Virus record (IMG/VR): IMGVR_UViG_3300021957_000004
Origin: a virus
Length of the DNA stretch: 64,000 bases
Direction: 5' to 3' (one strand)
Of the stretch, positions 38,421 through 48,497 are shown piece after piece (positions within the stretch are counted from its first letter, which is position 1; each line of letters begins with the position of its first letter). Under the pieces are notes generated by a model. That model worked only from the letters and a program-made list of their open reading frames with translations, did not search any database and had not been told where the DNA came from. The position numbers and the translations under genes are program-made.

Positions 38421-38701
38421 TGAGAAAATATTTTGTTATAATAGGTAATTTTTTATCCAGAGCCTGGCAATTCTTACTTTCCTTATTCGAGGAACATCAG
38501 CACTTACATGTAACCCATGCGAAATATAATTCCGAAGGTGAAGTGGTAGATGTATTAATTAAATCATTTAAAGTCCGTAAGTTTTATAAAAAAACTCCAA
38601 AGCACATGAAGTTTAAGACAATGGAAGGAACATTCGTAGAGCTAAATGCAGCTACGCCTATGGATTACATGACAGAATCAATGTTAAAGTCGGAGATATA
38701 A
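38420..38701 (+). CDS. Hypothetical protein
   Basis: Coupled ORF. Confidence 0.6.
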   Translation: MRKYFVIIGNFLSRAWQFLLSLFEEHQHLHVTHAKYNSEGEVVDVLIKSFKVRKFYKKTPKHMKFKTMEGTFVELNAATPMDYMTESMLKSEI

Positions 38702-38702
38702 T

Positions 38703-39098
38703 ATGCAACAATTTTTTATAGCAATAATATTAGTATTAGGTTTAGGATGTTGGTGGCTATACAGCGAAAACCAAACCCTTACATTTAATAATATGCAATT
38801 AGAAGTAGCAATAACTCAACAAGAGGAAGCTATGGAAGCGATGAGAGAATCGTATGAAAAACAAGGTGAAAGCCTTAATCAAATGATGAGTAGGAATGCT
38901 CAGATAGAAGCTGAAAAGAACAGATACATGGATATATTTAAAAGACATGATTTAAACAAATTAGCTATAGCAAAACCTGGTTTATTAGAAACCAAAGTGA
39001 ATAGAGGTACAAAAAATGTTTTTGACACAATTGAAAACGACAGCCGTGAGTTGGACTCGCTTGACGATCCTTCCGGCGATATTAATCCTAACAACTAG
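38703..39098 (+). CDS. Inner-membrane spanin (Rz-like)
   Basis: N-terminal TM, coiled coil, AKPGL; overlaps a downstream lipoprotein gene. Confidence 0.7.
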   Translation: MQQFFIAIILVLGLGCWWLYSENQTLTFNNMQLEVAITQQEEAMEAMRESYEKQGESLNQMMSRNAQIEAEKNRYMDIFKRHDLNKLAIAKPGLLETKVNRGTKNVFDTIENDSRELDSLDDPSGDINPNN

Positions 39099-39612
39099 TT
39101 GTTCGACATTCGGGGTTAAACCTATCCAGGTTAGTTCCAAGCCGGTAGAGATTAATATTATCCAACCAGCAATGCCACGTGGTATTGATTTAGAAGATAT
39201 TAAATGGAACGTAGTTTCAACTGCACCTATTGCTAATCCATGTGTTAAGAATAGTGACTCAGACCCAGACAAACCAGGTGCTAGAGAAAAAGAAGATCAT
39301 CCAGATGGATTATTAAAAGAAGATGGTACGCCAGTAAGAGTGTGCAAGAACGGAAAAGAAAATCCAGAATGGCCAGAAGGTTATTCTTATTTAGATCAAT
39401 TCTTAGACAACAATAGAAAATTAAATAATGGTGATGTGGTTTTTATGGCTATATCAGTAGGTGATTATGAAATTATGAGTGGTAATATGCAAGAGCTTCG
39501 TAGGTACATAAGAGAAGTACAAGAGGTTGTGGTTTATTATCGTAATGTTACAATCAAAACTCCAAAAGGCGACGTAGATGCAGTTGGGGTAAAAGCTAAG
39601 GTAAAACAATAA
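39016..39612 (+). CDS. Outer-membrane spanin lipoprotein (Rz1-like); true start may be ~39046
   Basis: Lipobox-like LTTSC, Pro-rich segment, NMQELRRYI; overlap with the Rz-like gene. Confidence 0.65.
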   Translation: MFLTQLKTTAVSWTRLTILPAILILTTSCSTFGVKPIQVSSKPVEINIIQPAMPRGIDLEDIKWNVVSTAPIANPCVKNSDSDPDKPGAREKEDHPDGLLKEDGTPVRVCKNGKENPEWPEGYSYLDQFLDNNRKLNNGDVVFMAISVGDYEIMSGNMQELRRYIREVQEVVVYYRNVTIKTPKGDVDAVGVKAKVKQ

Positions 39613-40370
39613 TGGCAAGCACAAAACATAAAGAAGAAATGACCCAAATGGAAAGAGCACTAATAGGTGCAAAGCTATCTGCACATGCTTATAAGACAGA
39701 GAAACAAGCAATTGCAGCTACAAAGAAAATGGGATTTCCATGGTGTAAATTAATATCTAAAGATGGAGCAGAATGTTTAGTCGTAAAAGATAGAAACGAT
39801 TTATGGTTTGCATTTAGAGGAACAGAACCTAGTAAACTAAACGACGTTATGGCGGACTTAAATGTAATTAAGAATTCGGCTATGGCAGGCGGCAAAGTTC
39901 ATGGCGGATTCCAGCAAGAGGTTAATGACCTTTGGATGGATATATTAGCAGAGATAGAACATAACCAACAATTAAAAATACAGAAAGACATTTATATGAC
40001 CGGACATTCTTTAGGTGCAGCAATGGCAACAATCGCAGCCACTCGTCACCAACCGGTTGAACTATTCACATTCGGATCACCAAGAGTTGGTGGACATAAA
40101 TTTATTAAAAATATAAAATGCCCACACTTAAGGTTTATGAATAACAACGATATCGTGGCACGAATCCCACCAGCATGGCTAGGGTTTACACACCACGGAG
40201 AGATGATTTACTTTAACAGGTTTGGCGAAAAGCAAGATAAACCAACATGGAAAGATATGTTCCATGGTATGTTAAATAGTTGGAAGAGATGGAAATTCTT
40301 TGATGGCATAGTAGATCACGGTATGCCAAACTATGTGAAAGCAATTGCTAAGCTTGCAAAGGTAAAGTAA
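39612..40370 (+). CDS. Class 3 lipase (alpha/beta hydrolase)
   Basis: AFRGTE, VHGGF, TGHSLGAA, TFGSPRVG, NDIV, DHGM. Confidence 0.92.
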   Translation: MASTKHKEEMTQMERALIGAKLSAHAYKTEKQAIAATKKMGFPWCKLISKDGAECLVVKDRNDLWFAFRGTEPSKLNDVMADLNVIKNSAMAGGKVHGGFQQEVNDLWMDILAEIEHNQQLKIQKDIYMTGHSLGAAMATIAATRHQPVELFTFGSPRVGGHKFIKNIKCPHLRFMNNNDIVARIPPAWLGFTHHGEMIYFNRFGEKQDKPTWKDMFHGMLNSWKRWKFFDGIVDHGMPNYVKAIAKLAKVK

Positions 40371-40372
40371 TT

Positions 40373-40693
40373 GTGTATTTGCTTTTCATCCTAACAGTAA
40401 AGTCTATATTTACTTCTGTTGTAGGTTCCAAATTTTATAAATGGTATCAAACAACAACCCTCGGGATTAGATCTCAAAAGCGTTTAGATGACTTTATGGA
40501 ATACTTATCTAACAAGTATGACATAGAGCTAATTAAACAGCAATCCAAATTTGAAGCGGACTATCCGTTAATTATGAAGAGAATAGAAGAGCTAGAAAAA
40601 ATAGCCCATCCGAAATGTGGCATCGAAAGCTTTGATGGTTATCAAGATATAATTGATAGCATCGAAGCATGTAATAAAAAACACGATAAATAA
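40373..40693 (+). CDS. Hypothetical protein
   Basis: ORF fills the gap. Confidence 0.6.
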   Translation: MYLLFILTVKSIFTSVVGSKFYKWYQTTTLGIRSQKRLDDFMEYLSNKYDIELIKQQSKFEADYPLIMKRIEELEKIAHPKCGIESFDGYQDIIDSIEACNKKHDK

Positions 40694-40695
40694 AT

Positions 40696-40725
40696 ATTTA
40701 CTTTCTCACGAAAGTATGATATAAT
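40696..40725 (+). promoter_or_regulatory. Early promoter for nrdAB
   Basis: ATTTAC-N18-TATAAT. Confidence 0.75.
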
Positions 40726-40733
40726 ATATTATT

Positions 40734-43034
40734 ATGAACGGAACTAATGTAATGGAAATTAAAGTCGCTAAACGAGATGGAACACATCAAACTTTTGATT
40801 TAGATAAAGTACACAAAGTATTGGAATGGGCAGTAGAAGACATAACAGGTGTTTCTATGTCCGAGATAGAAATAAAAGCCAATATCCAATTGTACGATAA
40901 AATCCCAGCTTATGATATACATGAGCTATTAATTAAATCAGCAGCTGAGCTTATCTCAGAACACACCCCAAATTATCAATTTGTAGCAGCAAGGTTAATA
41001 TCCTATAAGCTAAGAAAAGAAGCTTATGGTCAATACAAACCTTTGCCACTTGTTGATATTATAAAACGAAATATTAATTTAGGAGTATATGATAATGCTA
41101 TTCTAAATAGTTATTCAGAAAATGAATTAAACGAATTAGATGCTTATATTAAACACGACCGAGATGATAACTTTACCTATGCAGGTATGGAACAATTTAG
41201 AGGTAAGTACTTAGTCCAAGATAGAAGCACTAAAGACATATATGAAACTCCACAGGTTTTGTATATGATGGTTGCGGCAACTTTGTTTGCTAAATATAAT
41301 GAAGGAAGAATAAAATATGTTAAAGATTATTATGATGCAATATCTCAATTCTATATCTCTTTACCTACGCCGATTATGGCTGGTGTACGTACTCCAACCC
41401 GTCAGTTTTCAAGTTGTGTGCTTATTGAATCTGGCGACAGTCTTGATTCTATCAATGCTACTGCAACTTCCATAGTAAGATATATCTCTAAGAAAGCTGG
41501 TATAGGCATCGGTACGGGCTCCGTACGTGCTGCAGGAGCGCGCGTAGGCGATGGTTCAATAGTTCATACGGGTTTAATTCCATTTTTAAAGTACTTTCAA
41601 TCGGCCGTTAAGTCGTGCTCGCAGGGAGGCGTACGCGGGGGCGCGGCGACCGTGTACCTACCATTATGGCATTATGAGTTTGAAGATCTTGTTGTATTAA
41701 AAAATAACAAAGGTACTGAAGAGAATAGGGTTAGGCATATGGATTATGCTTTCCAATTAAACAAACTAATGTATGAAAGACTTATAACTGGTGGTAATAT
41801 AACATTGTTTGATCCTAATGACGTACCAGGACTATACGATGCATTCTATGAAGACCAAGACAAGTTTAAAGAACTATATGAAAAGTATGAACGTGCATAT
41901 AGTGTAAGAAAGAAAACATTACCTGCTTTAGAAGTATTCCAAGCTTTATTGACAGAAAGAAAAGATACTGGTAGAATATATATTATGAACGTAGATCATG
42001 CGAATGAGCACGGTTCATTTAAACCAGATTTAGCTCCTATCCGTATGAGTAATTTATGTTGTGAAATTGATTTACCAACTAAGCCTTTAGAATATCCAGA
42101 TGATCCAAATGGTGAAATATCTTTGTGTACTCTGTCTGCTATTAATTGGGGATTAATTAATGCACCACATGAATTTAAAAAGTATTGTAATCTAGCAGTT
42201 AGAGCATTAGATGAACTATTAGATTATCAAGACTATCCTATTCAGGCAGCTAAAAAAGGTACTATGAATCGTAGACCTCTAGGTATAGGTATTATTAACC
42301 TTGCTTATTTCTTAGCTAAGCGTGGATTAAAATATGACGAATCTGCATTTGAAGTTGTAGATGAATATGCAGAAGCATGGAGTTATTACTTAATTAAAGC
42401 TTCTTCTAAGCTAGCACGAAAAAAAGGTGCATGTTTATTAAATAATCAAACAAAATACGCGTCTGGAGAGTTGCCAATCGATACATATAAGAGTGCGATA
42501 GATAATTTAACAGAGCATAAAACACGCATGCCATGGGAAGAGCTCAGAACTGATCTCAAAGAAAATGGCATTCGTAATTCGACTCTCATGGCATTAATGC
42601 CCGCAGAAACAAGCGCACAGATTTCTAATAGTACAAATGGTATTGAACCACCAAGAGCTTTAGTATCTTACAAGCAATCTAAGGATGGGGTAATGGCACA
42701 GGTAGTGCCTGGGTATCATCACCTTAAAAACAAGTATGACCTTTTATGGGATCAAAAATCCCCAGATGGTTATTTAAAGATCTGCGCTATTTTACAGAAA
42801 TATATAGATCAAGGTATATCTGTAAACACATCTTATAATCCAGAACATTATGAGGATAATAAGATACCAATGTCTGCTATGATCCAAGATCTAGTGACAG
42901 CTTACAAGTATGGTTTAAAACAACTATACTATTTTAACACACATGACGGCTCAGGCGAAATGAAAGACATTGAATTGCCCGAGCTTGATATTACAATTGA
43001 AGATGACGAGGACTGCGAAAGCTGCAAAATATGA
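40734..43034 (+). CDS. nrdA: Class Ia ribonucleotide reductase alpha subunit
   Basis: ATP cone, QFSSC, SNLCCEI, MPAETS, C-terminal CESC. Confidence 0.97.
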   Translation: MNGTNVMEIKVAKRDGTHQTFDLDKVHKVLEWAVEDITGVSMSEIEIKANIQLYDKIPAYDIHELLIKSAAELISEHTPNYQFVAARLISYKLRKEAYGQYKPLPLVDIIKRNINLGVYDNAILNSYSENELNELDAYIKHDRDDNFTYAGMEQFRGKYLVQDRSTKDIYETPQVLYMMVAATLFAKYNEGRIKYVKDYYDAISQFYISLPTPIMAGVRTPTRQFSSCVLIESGDSLDSINATATSIVRYISKKAGIGIGTGSVRAAGARVGDGSIVHTGLIPFLKYFQSAVKSCSQGGVRGGAATVYLPLWHYEFEDLVVLKNNKGTEENRVRHMDYAFQLNKLMYERLITGGNITLFDPNDVPGLYDAFYEDQDKFKELYEKYERAYSVRKKTLPALEVFQALLTERKDTGRIYIMNVDHANEHGSFKPDLAPIRMSNLCCEIDLPTKPLEYPDDPNGEISLCTLSAINWGLINAPHEFKKYCNLAVRALDELLDYQDYPIQAAKKGTMNRRPLGIGIINLAYFLAKRGLKYDESAFEVVDEYAEAWSYYLIKASSKLARKKGACLLNNQTKYASGELPIDTYKSAIDNLTEHKTRMPWEELRTDLKENGIRNSTLMALMPAETSAQISNSTNGIEPPRALVSYKQSKDGVMAQVVPGYHHLKNKYDLLWDQKSPDGYLKICAILQKYIDQGISVNTSYNPEHYEDNKIPMSAMIQDLVTAYKYGLKQLYYFNTHDGSGEMKDIELPELDITIEDDEDCESCKI
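41510..41658. other. Two CpG-rich islands inside nrdA (41510-41550, 41602-41658)
   Basis: cggtacgggctccgtacgtgctgcaggagcgcgcgtaggcg and cggccg...gcgtacgcgggggcgcggcgaccgtgtacc. Confidence 0.7.
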
Positions 43035-44101
43035 TATTAAAGAAAAATAAAAAATCCCATTTAGAAAAGAATATGTTTTTGGATGAAGAAGTAGATATCC
43101 AAAGATTCGATATTTTAAAATATCCAGCACTAGATAAGATTACAGAAAAACAACTAGGATTCTTTTGGAGACCAGAAGAAGTAGATGTGTCAAAAGACAA
43201 AAAAGATTTTAACGGACTAACTTTAAATGAACAACATATTTTCACATCTAATCTCAAAAGGCAAATTTTACTGGACTCTGTACAAGGTCGGGCACCGAAC
43301 CTTGCTTTCCTTCCTATTGCTTCGTTACCCGAGATTGAGAATTGGATTGAAACTTGGAGCTTTTTTGAAACTATTCATAGTCGTAGCTACACCCATATTA
43401 TTAGGAATATCTATCCTAACCCTTCTACTGTTTTTGACGGCATGCTTGATGTAAAAGAAATACTAGAATGTGGAAATGACATAGCACAATACTATGATGA
43501 TCTAATCGATTGTAATAGTTCAGCTACAAATAGAATGCAGCACAAACAAGCTTTATGGATGTGTATGTTATCAGCAAATGCACTAGAAGGAATTAGATTC
43601 TATGTATCCTTCGCGTGCTCGTGGGCGTTCGCGGAACTTAAAAAGATGGAAGGCAATGCTAAGATCATTAAGTTTATCGCAAGAGACGAGAATGTGCATT
43701 TGGCGGCGACCACAACCATAATTAAAAATATGTTAAAAGAAGATCCAGACTTTGTTAAGATACAAAAACAAACAGAAAATGAATCAGTAAATTTATTCGT
43801 AAGAGTTATTGAACAAGAAAAAGAATGGGCTAAGTTCTTATTTAAAAATGGTTCAATGATTGGTTTAAATGAACAAATACTATGTGATTATATAGAGTGG
43901 ATTGGATGTAAACGTATGAGAGCAATAGGATTACCTTGTCCTTATACCGTATCTAAAATGAATCCATTACCATGGACTGAAAAGTGGATTGGCGGTGGTA
44001 ACGTACAAGTTGCTCCACAAGAAACAGAAATAACATCTTATATAACTGGCGGTGTTAAACAAGATGTTGATGATAAAACTTTATCTGGATTAAGCTTATG
44101 A
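43031..44101 (+). CDS. nrdB: Class Ia ribonucleotide reductase beta subunit
   Basis: FFWRPEEV, ETIHSRSY, LEGIRFY, RDENVH, APQETE. Confidence 0.97.
   Translation: MILKKNKKSHLEKNMFLDEEVDIQRFDILKYPALDKITEKQLGFFWRPEEVDVSKDKKDFNGLTLNEQHIFTSNLKRQILLDSVQGRAPNLAFLPIASLPEIENWIETWSFFETIHSRSYTHIIRNIYPNPSTVFDGMLDVKEILECGNDIAQYYDDLIDCNSSATNRMQHKQALWMCMLSANALEGIRFYVSFACSWAFAELKKMEGNAKIIKFIARDENVHLAATTTIIKNMLKEDPDFVKIQKQTENESVNLFVRVIEQEKEWAKFLFKNGSMIGLNEQILCDYIEWIGCKRMRAIGLPCPYTVSKMNPLPWTEKWIGGGNVQVAPQETEITSYITGGVKQDVDDKTLSGLSL
43608..43634. other. CpG-rich island inside nrdB
   Basis: ccttcgcgtgctcgtgggcgttcgcgg. Confidence 0.6.
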
Positions 44102-44316
44102 TGGATAAAATAGTAGAAAAAAGCATGCAGCGAAAAGCTGACCGCCAAAACAAGCTTTTGCAATACGTGAATTTATCACCTAGCGAAAGCTGGATGGAAA
44201 GATTAGAAAACGTTCATCCAATGAAACAAATATTTTGGGCTTCGGTCATACAAGTAAGTGTATTTGGATTTATGTTGGTTTCTTTTAGTTTGATAAATTT
44301 ATATTTAAAAGGATAA
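44098..44316 (+). CDS. Small membrane protein
   Basis: C-terminal TM segment. Confidence 0.6.
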   Translation: MMDKIVEKSMQRKADRQNKLLQYVNLSPSESWMERLENVHPMKQIFWASVIQVSVFGFMLVSFSLINLYLKG

Positions 44317-44320
44317 TAAT

Positions 44321-44761
44321 ATGAAAGAATTAGGAATGAGTTTAGTAGGATGTTTAGCAATAGGATTATTCTTTGTTGCTAAAGTATATCCAAATCTTGA
44401 GTATACTGGTTATAGCAGTAACCAATCTTGTACTGGTGAATGCTATGAAGAATATGTTAAAGTGAATGGAACATCAGTAGAAATAGAACAAAAAAAGAAA
44501 GCACTAGCTGCGGGTGATCCGTTTAGTTCAATTAAACCTTTATGGGCTGGTTGTGCTGCATGTCATGGAGTAGATGGTGGCGGAGGTGTAGGACCTAAAC
44601 TTGCTGGTCAATCATCAGACTATATAATTAATAGACTTACAGCATACAAGAACAACGAACAGGTAGGACCAATGAGTGCTATGATGTGGGGTCAAGCAGG
44701 TATGCTATCAGATAATGATATAGATACTATAGGAAAATTCATACAGGAGACAATGAAATGA
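44321..44761 (+). CDS. Membrane-anchored class I cytochrome c (c553/c4-like)
   Basis: CAACH haem motif, GPKLAGQ, Met-rich distal ligand region, LSDNDI. Confidence 0.9.
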   Translation: MKELGMSLVGCLAIGLFFVAKVYPNLEYTGYSSNQSCTGECYEEYVKVNGTSVEIEQKKKALAAGDPFSSIKPLWAGCAACHGVDGGGGVGPKLAGQSSDYIINRLTAYKNNEQVGPMSAMMWGQAGMLSDNDIDTIGKFIQETMK

Positions 44762-44991
44762 TAGAGATTTATGGAAAAAAACCATGTCCTTTCTGTGATA
44801 GAGCAATACAGCTTTGTGAAAAAGAAAATTTAGAATACACATATAAACTATTGGGCAAAGATTTTAACAGAGAAGAAATGCTAGAAATATTTCCTAATGC
44901 AAGAACCTTTCCTCAGATAAAGATAGAAGGAAAATCAATTGGTGGATATACGGAGCTAGTAGAATGGCACGGAGATCCGCGATATGGATAA
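44758..44991 (+). CDS. Glutaredoxin
   Basis: CPFC, TFPQI, IGGY. Confidence 0.93.
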   Translation: MIEIYGKKPCPFCDRAIQLCEKENLEYTYKLLGKDFNREEMLEIFPNARTFPQIKIEGKSIGGYTELVEWHGDPRYG

Positions 44992-45133
44992 TATTATAAT
45001 CGATTGTGAATTTTGTTTTATACGTACAGTTATAAAAGTAGAGGATGATCAGGCTATAGCTAAGTACTGCCCGATATGTGGAGAGACTCCAGAGATCGAA
45101 ACCGACGAGGAAGAGCTTTTATTTGATTCATAA
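44984..45133 (+). CDS. 49-aa zinc-ribbon protein, not in ORF track
   Basis: CEFC...CPICG and acidic tail. Confidence 0.65.
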   Translation: MDNIIIDCEFCFIRTVIKVEDDQAIAKYCPICGETPEIETDEEELLFDS

Positions 45134-45141
45134 ATACTATT

Positions 45142-45564
45142 ATGGATTGGATATATAAAGGCAAAACATTCGTACCACCAGAAGACTTCTCTCCCGAGAA
45201 GATGTATGGATTCATTTATCAGATAAGAAATACTGAGAATGATATGAAGTACATAGGCAAGAAATTCTTTTGGAGTAAGAAAACCCTCCCACCTTTAAAG
45301 GGACAAAAAAGAAAAAGAAGATCAATCGTTGAATCTGATTGGCGTAAGTATTGCGGTTCTTCCAAAAGATTAGTAGAAGATATAGCCGAAGTAGGACTGG
45401 ATAAGTTCCACAGAGAGATACTTTATATTGGTACTATGAAAGGAGAACTAGCCTACATGGAAGCTAAACTCCAGTTTGATCATGAGGTATTACTAAAAGA
45501 TGACTATTATAATGGCATTATTAATATCAGATTGGGATCAAATAGTGTAAATATATTGAAATAA
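45142..45564 (+). CDS. GIY-YIG family endonuclease-like protein
   Basis: GFIY...KYIGKK, ESDW..YCGS, YYNG. Confidence 0.8.
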   Translation: MDWIYKGKTFVPPEDFSPEKMYGFIYQIRNTENDMKYIGKKFFWSKKTLPPLKGQKRKRRSIVESDWRKYCGSSKRLVEDIAEVGLDKFHREILYIGTMKGELAYMEAKLQFDHEVLLKDDYYNGIINIRLGSNSVNILK

Positions 45565-45567
45565 AAG

Positions 45568-45597
45568 GTTTACATTGGCTTAAAACTATGGTATAAT
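45568..45597 (+). promoter_or_regulatory. Early promoter, leaderless start
   Basis: GTTTAC-N18-TATAAT, 6 nt gap to ATG. Confidence 0.85.
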
Positions 45598-45603
45598 ACA
45601 TAC

Positions 45604-46029
45604 ATGGTAAAAGATAATATAATACAGTTTCCAACCCCAGAGCAAGTTAGCAAAAAAGAAGCAGAAGAGATTATAAATCAAGCTTCAAATGAATGCAATG
45701 AACTAGCCCAACATCTTTGTCATGTACTAGCAGAAGAGATATTTGCAGCAGACCATTACTTTGAAGATGCGGAATACTTCGATGAGACTTATCAGGAGTC
45801 TCGAGACATATATGTTATAACAAACTTAATTAACGCAATGTTATTAAGACAACTAGAAATACCACACACATTACAAAGATCGCTAGATAAGCTTTACATT
45901 AAGATAAAGCAGTTAGCACAATTACCAGAGCAAGACTTCGAGGTAAGCTTTGACCCTGAGTTCGAGGTAACATTCGAACCAGATTTTGATATAAATGATG
46001 AGGATGATAAGGATGATACAGATACATAA
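45604..46029 (+). CDS. Acidic hypothetical protein
   Basis: NIIQFP N-terminus; C-terminal FEVxFxPx repeat. Confidence 0.65.
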   Translation: MVKDNIIQFPTPEQVSKKEAEEIINQASNECNELAQHLCHVLAEEIFAADHYFEDAEYFDETYQESRDIYVITNLINAMLLRQLEIPHTLQRSLDKLYIKIKQLAQLPEQDFEVSFDPEFEVTFEPDFDINDEDDKDDTDT

Positions 46030-47125
46030 GTTACCCACACTTTACAAAAGGGATTCAACAGGAAAAATTAGGGAATGGACTCAGTCATACCAAACAGGTA
46101 TAACTCCAGGCACATTTACTATCTCTGGGGTAAAGAATGGCAAAATGGTTCAGAGCGGATTAAATAGTTCTGAAGCTAAAAACGTAGGTAGATCTAATGC
46201 TACTACAGCAGATGAACAAGCACAGAAAGAAGCCGAAGCCAAATGGCAAATAAACCTAGATGGTGAATATTTCCAAACAATAGATTCAGTAGATACTTAC
46301 GATAAGTTTAAACCTATGTTGGCTCAAGACTATACTAAACGTCCACAAGATTTTGGTTGGTCACAGCCTAAGCTAGATGGTATTAGATGTATTGCTAGAA
46401 AAGATGGATTATATACTAGAGCAGGTAAAGAGATTACAACATGCGATCACATATTCCAAGAACTAAAACCTTTCTTTGAATCACAACCAAATATGATATT
46501 AGATGGTGAACTATATAACCACGAGCTTAAATCAGACTTTAACAAGATTACTTCTTTAGTTAGAAAAGTAAAACCTAGTAGCTTAGAAAAAGAAGAATGC
46601 TATAAACTAGTTCAATATCATGTATATGATGTTTATGATCCATCGTTTAAAGAATGGAACTTCGAACAAAGAATACATTTTGTGCATATTATGATTCCAG
46701 GTAAAACTTGTAAAGCAGTAGAAACAACACAAACTAAAACACAAGATCAACTAGATGCTTTATATTCTGCTTATACTGAACATGGATATGAAGGTCAAAT
46801 GGTTCGTAATAATACACCTTATGAAAACAAAAGGTCTAAGAATCTTCTTAAAAGAAAAGAATTTATCACTGAAGAATTTAACGTATTAGAAGTTATGGAA
46901 GGTGATGGAAATTGGGCAGGTTATGCTAAACACTTTAGATTAGAACTAGGAGATGGAAGAGAATTTAAAAGTGGCGTAAGAGGTAATTTCGATACACTAA
47001 AAGAACTATTAAACAACCCTGACAAACCTACTTGGGTCACTGTTAGATATTTTGAAAAAACACCAGATGGCATTCCCCGCTTTCCGGTTGTAATTGATTG
47101 GGGAAAAGGTAAAAGGATAGATTAA
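46013..47125 (+). CDS. ATP-dependent DNA ligase
   Basis: PMLA, QPKLDGIRC, LDGELY, YEGQMVR, LLKRK, PRFP. Confidence 0.92.
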   Translation: MIQIHKLPTLYKRDSTGKIREWTQSYQTGITPGTFTISGVKNGKMVQSGLNSSEAKNVGRSNATTADEQAQKEAEAKWQINLDGEYFQTIDSVDTYDKFKPMLAQDYTKRPQDFGWSQPKLDGIRCIARKDGLYTRAGKEITTCDHIFQELKPFFESQPNMILDGELYNHELKSDFNKITSLVRKVKPSSLEKEECYKLVQYHVYDVYDPSFKEWNFEQRIHFVHIMIPGKTCKAVETTQTKTQDQLDALYSAYTEHGYEGQMVRNNTPYENKRSKNLLKRKEFITEEFNVLEVMEGDGNWAGYAKHFRLELGDGREFKSGVRGNFDTLKELLNNPDKPTWVTVRYFEKTPDGIPRFPVVIDWGKGKRID

Positions 47126-47979
47126 TGATTATAGTAGATTATTCACAGATTGCTCTTAGCAATATAATAGTACAAAAGATAGATGATAAAGACCTAATTA
47201 GGCATATGATTCTAAACTCTCTGCGTATGTACAACAAAAAATATAGAGATGAATACGGCCAAATGGTCTTAGCATGCGATGGTTTTAATACCTGGAGAAA
47301 AGATTTCTTTCCAGAATATAAAGGTGCACGTAAAAAGAATAGAGCTAAATCTGACTTAGATTGGAATAACATCTTTACATCTTTAAATGAAATAAGAGAA
47401 GAGATTAAACAAAACTTCCCATGGAAAGTATTACACCTAGATGGTACTGAAGCAGATGATATTATTGGTACACTAACTAATCAAACCCAAGAGTTTGGTC
47501 AGCATGAACCAGTTATGATTATATCATCGGACAAAGACTTTATACAATTACATAAGTTTAATAATGTAAAACAATTTAGCCCAATACAAAAGAAGTTAGT
47601 TCAAGATCCTCACCCTATTACATATAAGTGGAATCATATCATGCGTGGCGACTCAGGCGATGGTATACCCAACGTCTTATCACCAGATGATACGTTTATG
47701 ACTGAATCACACCAGAATCAATTAAGACAAACTAGAGTCGATGAATGGATAAATAACTTAGATAACCTAAGAGAATTAATGGGGGATGAAATATATCGTA
47801 ACTTCCAAAGGAATCAAACGTTAATTGATTTTGACTTTATTCCAGAAGCTATCCAAAATAACATTATAAATACTTTTAACGAGACAAAACCAGCACCAAG
47901 AATGAAGGTATTGACTTACTTAATAAACAACAGATGCAATCAATTGATTGAATGCGTAGAGGAATTTTACAATGGCTAA
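47125..47979 (+). CDS. rnh: T4 RNase H (5'-3' exonuclease/flap nuclease)
   Basis: IVDYSQ, YKGAR, EADD, SSDKDF, GDSGDGIPN. Confidence 0.93.
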   Translation: MIIVDYSQIALSNIIVQKIDDKDLIRHMILNSLRMYNKKYRDEYGQMVLACDGFNTWRKDFFPEYKGARKKNRAKSDLDWNNIFTSLNEIREEIKQNFPWKVLHLDGTEADDIIGTLTNQTQEFGQHEPVMIISSDKDFIQLHKFNNVKQFSPIQKKLVQDPHPITYKWNHIMRGDSGDGIPNVLSPDDTFMTESHQNQLRQTRVDEWINNLDNLRELMGDEIYRNFQRNQTLIDFDFIPEAIQNNIINTFNETKPAPRMKVLTYLINNRCNQLIECVEEFYNG

Positions 47980-48454
47980 ATTATTAATACCTGAAGTACT
48001 AGAATTAGTATCAAAGGCAAAAACCAAAAAAGAAAAAGTTGAGATATTACAAAAACATAATCATCCAGCTTTAAAAGATATTATAAGGGTCGCATGCGAT
48101 GACGACGTAGTATCTTTATTACCAGAAGGCACCCCGCCTTATCAGAAAGACGATGCACCTATAGGATATAGTGTATCATCTTTATATAAAGTACACAAAC
48201 AATTTAAATACTTTTTTAAAGGACCAATTGGAAATCAAGTAAAGCCAGTCCGTAGAGAAAGTTTATTTATTAATGCATTAGAAAGTATACATCCGATAGA
48301 AGCAGAATTACTTTGTCTAGCAAAAGATAAAAAATCAGACTTAGATCCTAAGTTTTATAATGAAGTTTTCCCAGGGTTAATTGTTAAGGTTCATAAACCG
48401 AAAGCAGTTAAGAAAGCAACAAAAACTAAAAAGGAGAAAAAGCCTATGAAATAA
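47972..48454 (+). CDS. Conserved T4-like phage protein (DUF6433-like)
   Basis: LPEGTPPY...RRESLFI..LESIHP.EAELL. Confidence 0.7.
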   Translation: MAKLLIPEVLELVSKAKTKKEKVEILQKHNHPALKDIIRVACDDDVVSLLPEGTPPYQKDDAPIGYSVSSLYKVHKQFKYFFKGPIGNQVKPVRRESLFINALESIHPIEAELLCLAKDKKSDLDPKFYNEVFPGLIVKVHKPKAVKKATKTKKEKKPMK

Positions 48455-48497
48455 ACTCTTAATTATGTAATTTTAACCGACAACAAAGGGAGATGAT

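Noticed and set aside
39042-39080. Additional GC-rich island
   Set aside because: Explained by the dual-coding overlap of the spanin-like genes
14014-44101. Introns or inteins in gp43, gp41, nrdA, nrdB
   Set aside because: ORFs are continuous and of normal length, with no splicing motifs
45142-45564. Mobile homing endonuclease
   Set aside because: Only a short GIY-YIG domain with no DNA-binding repeats and no intron context
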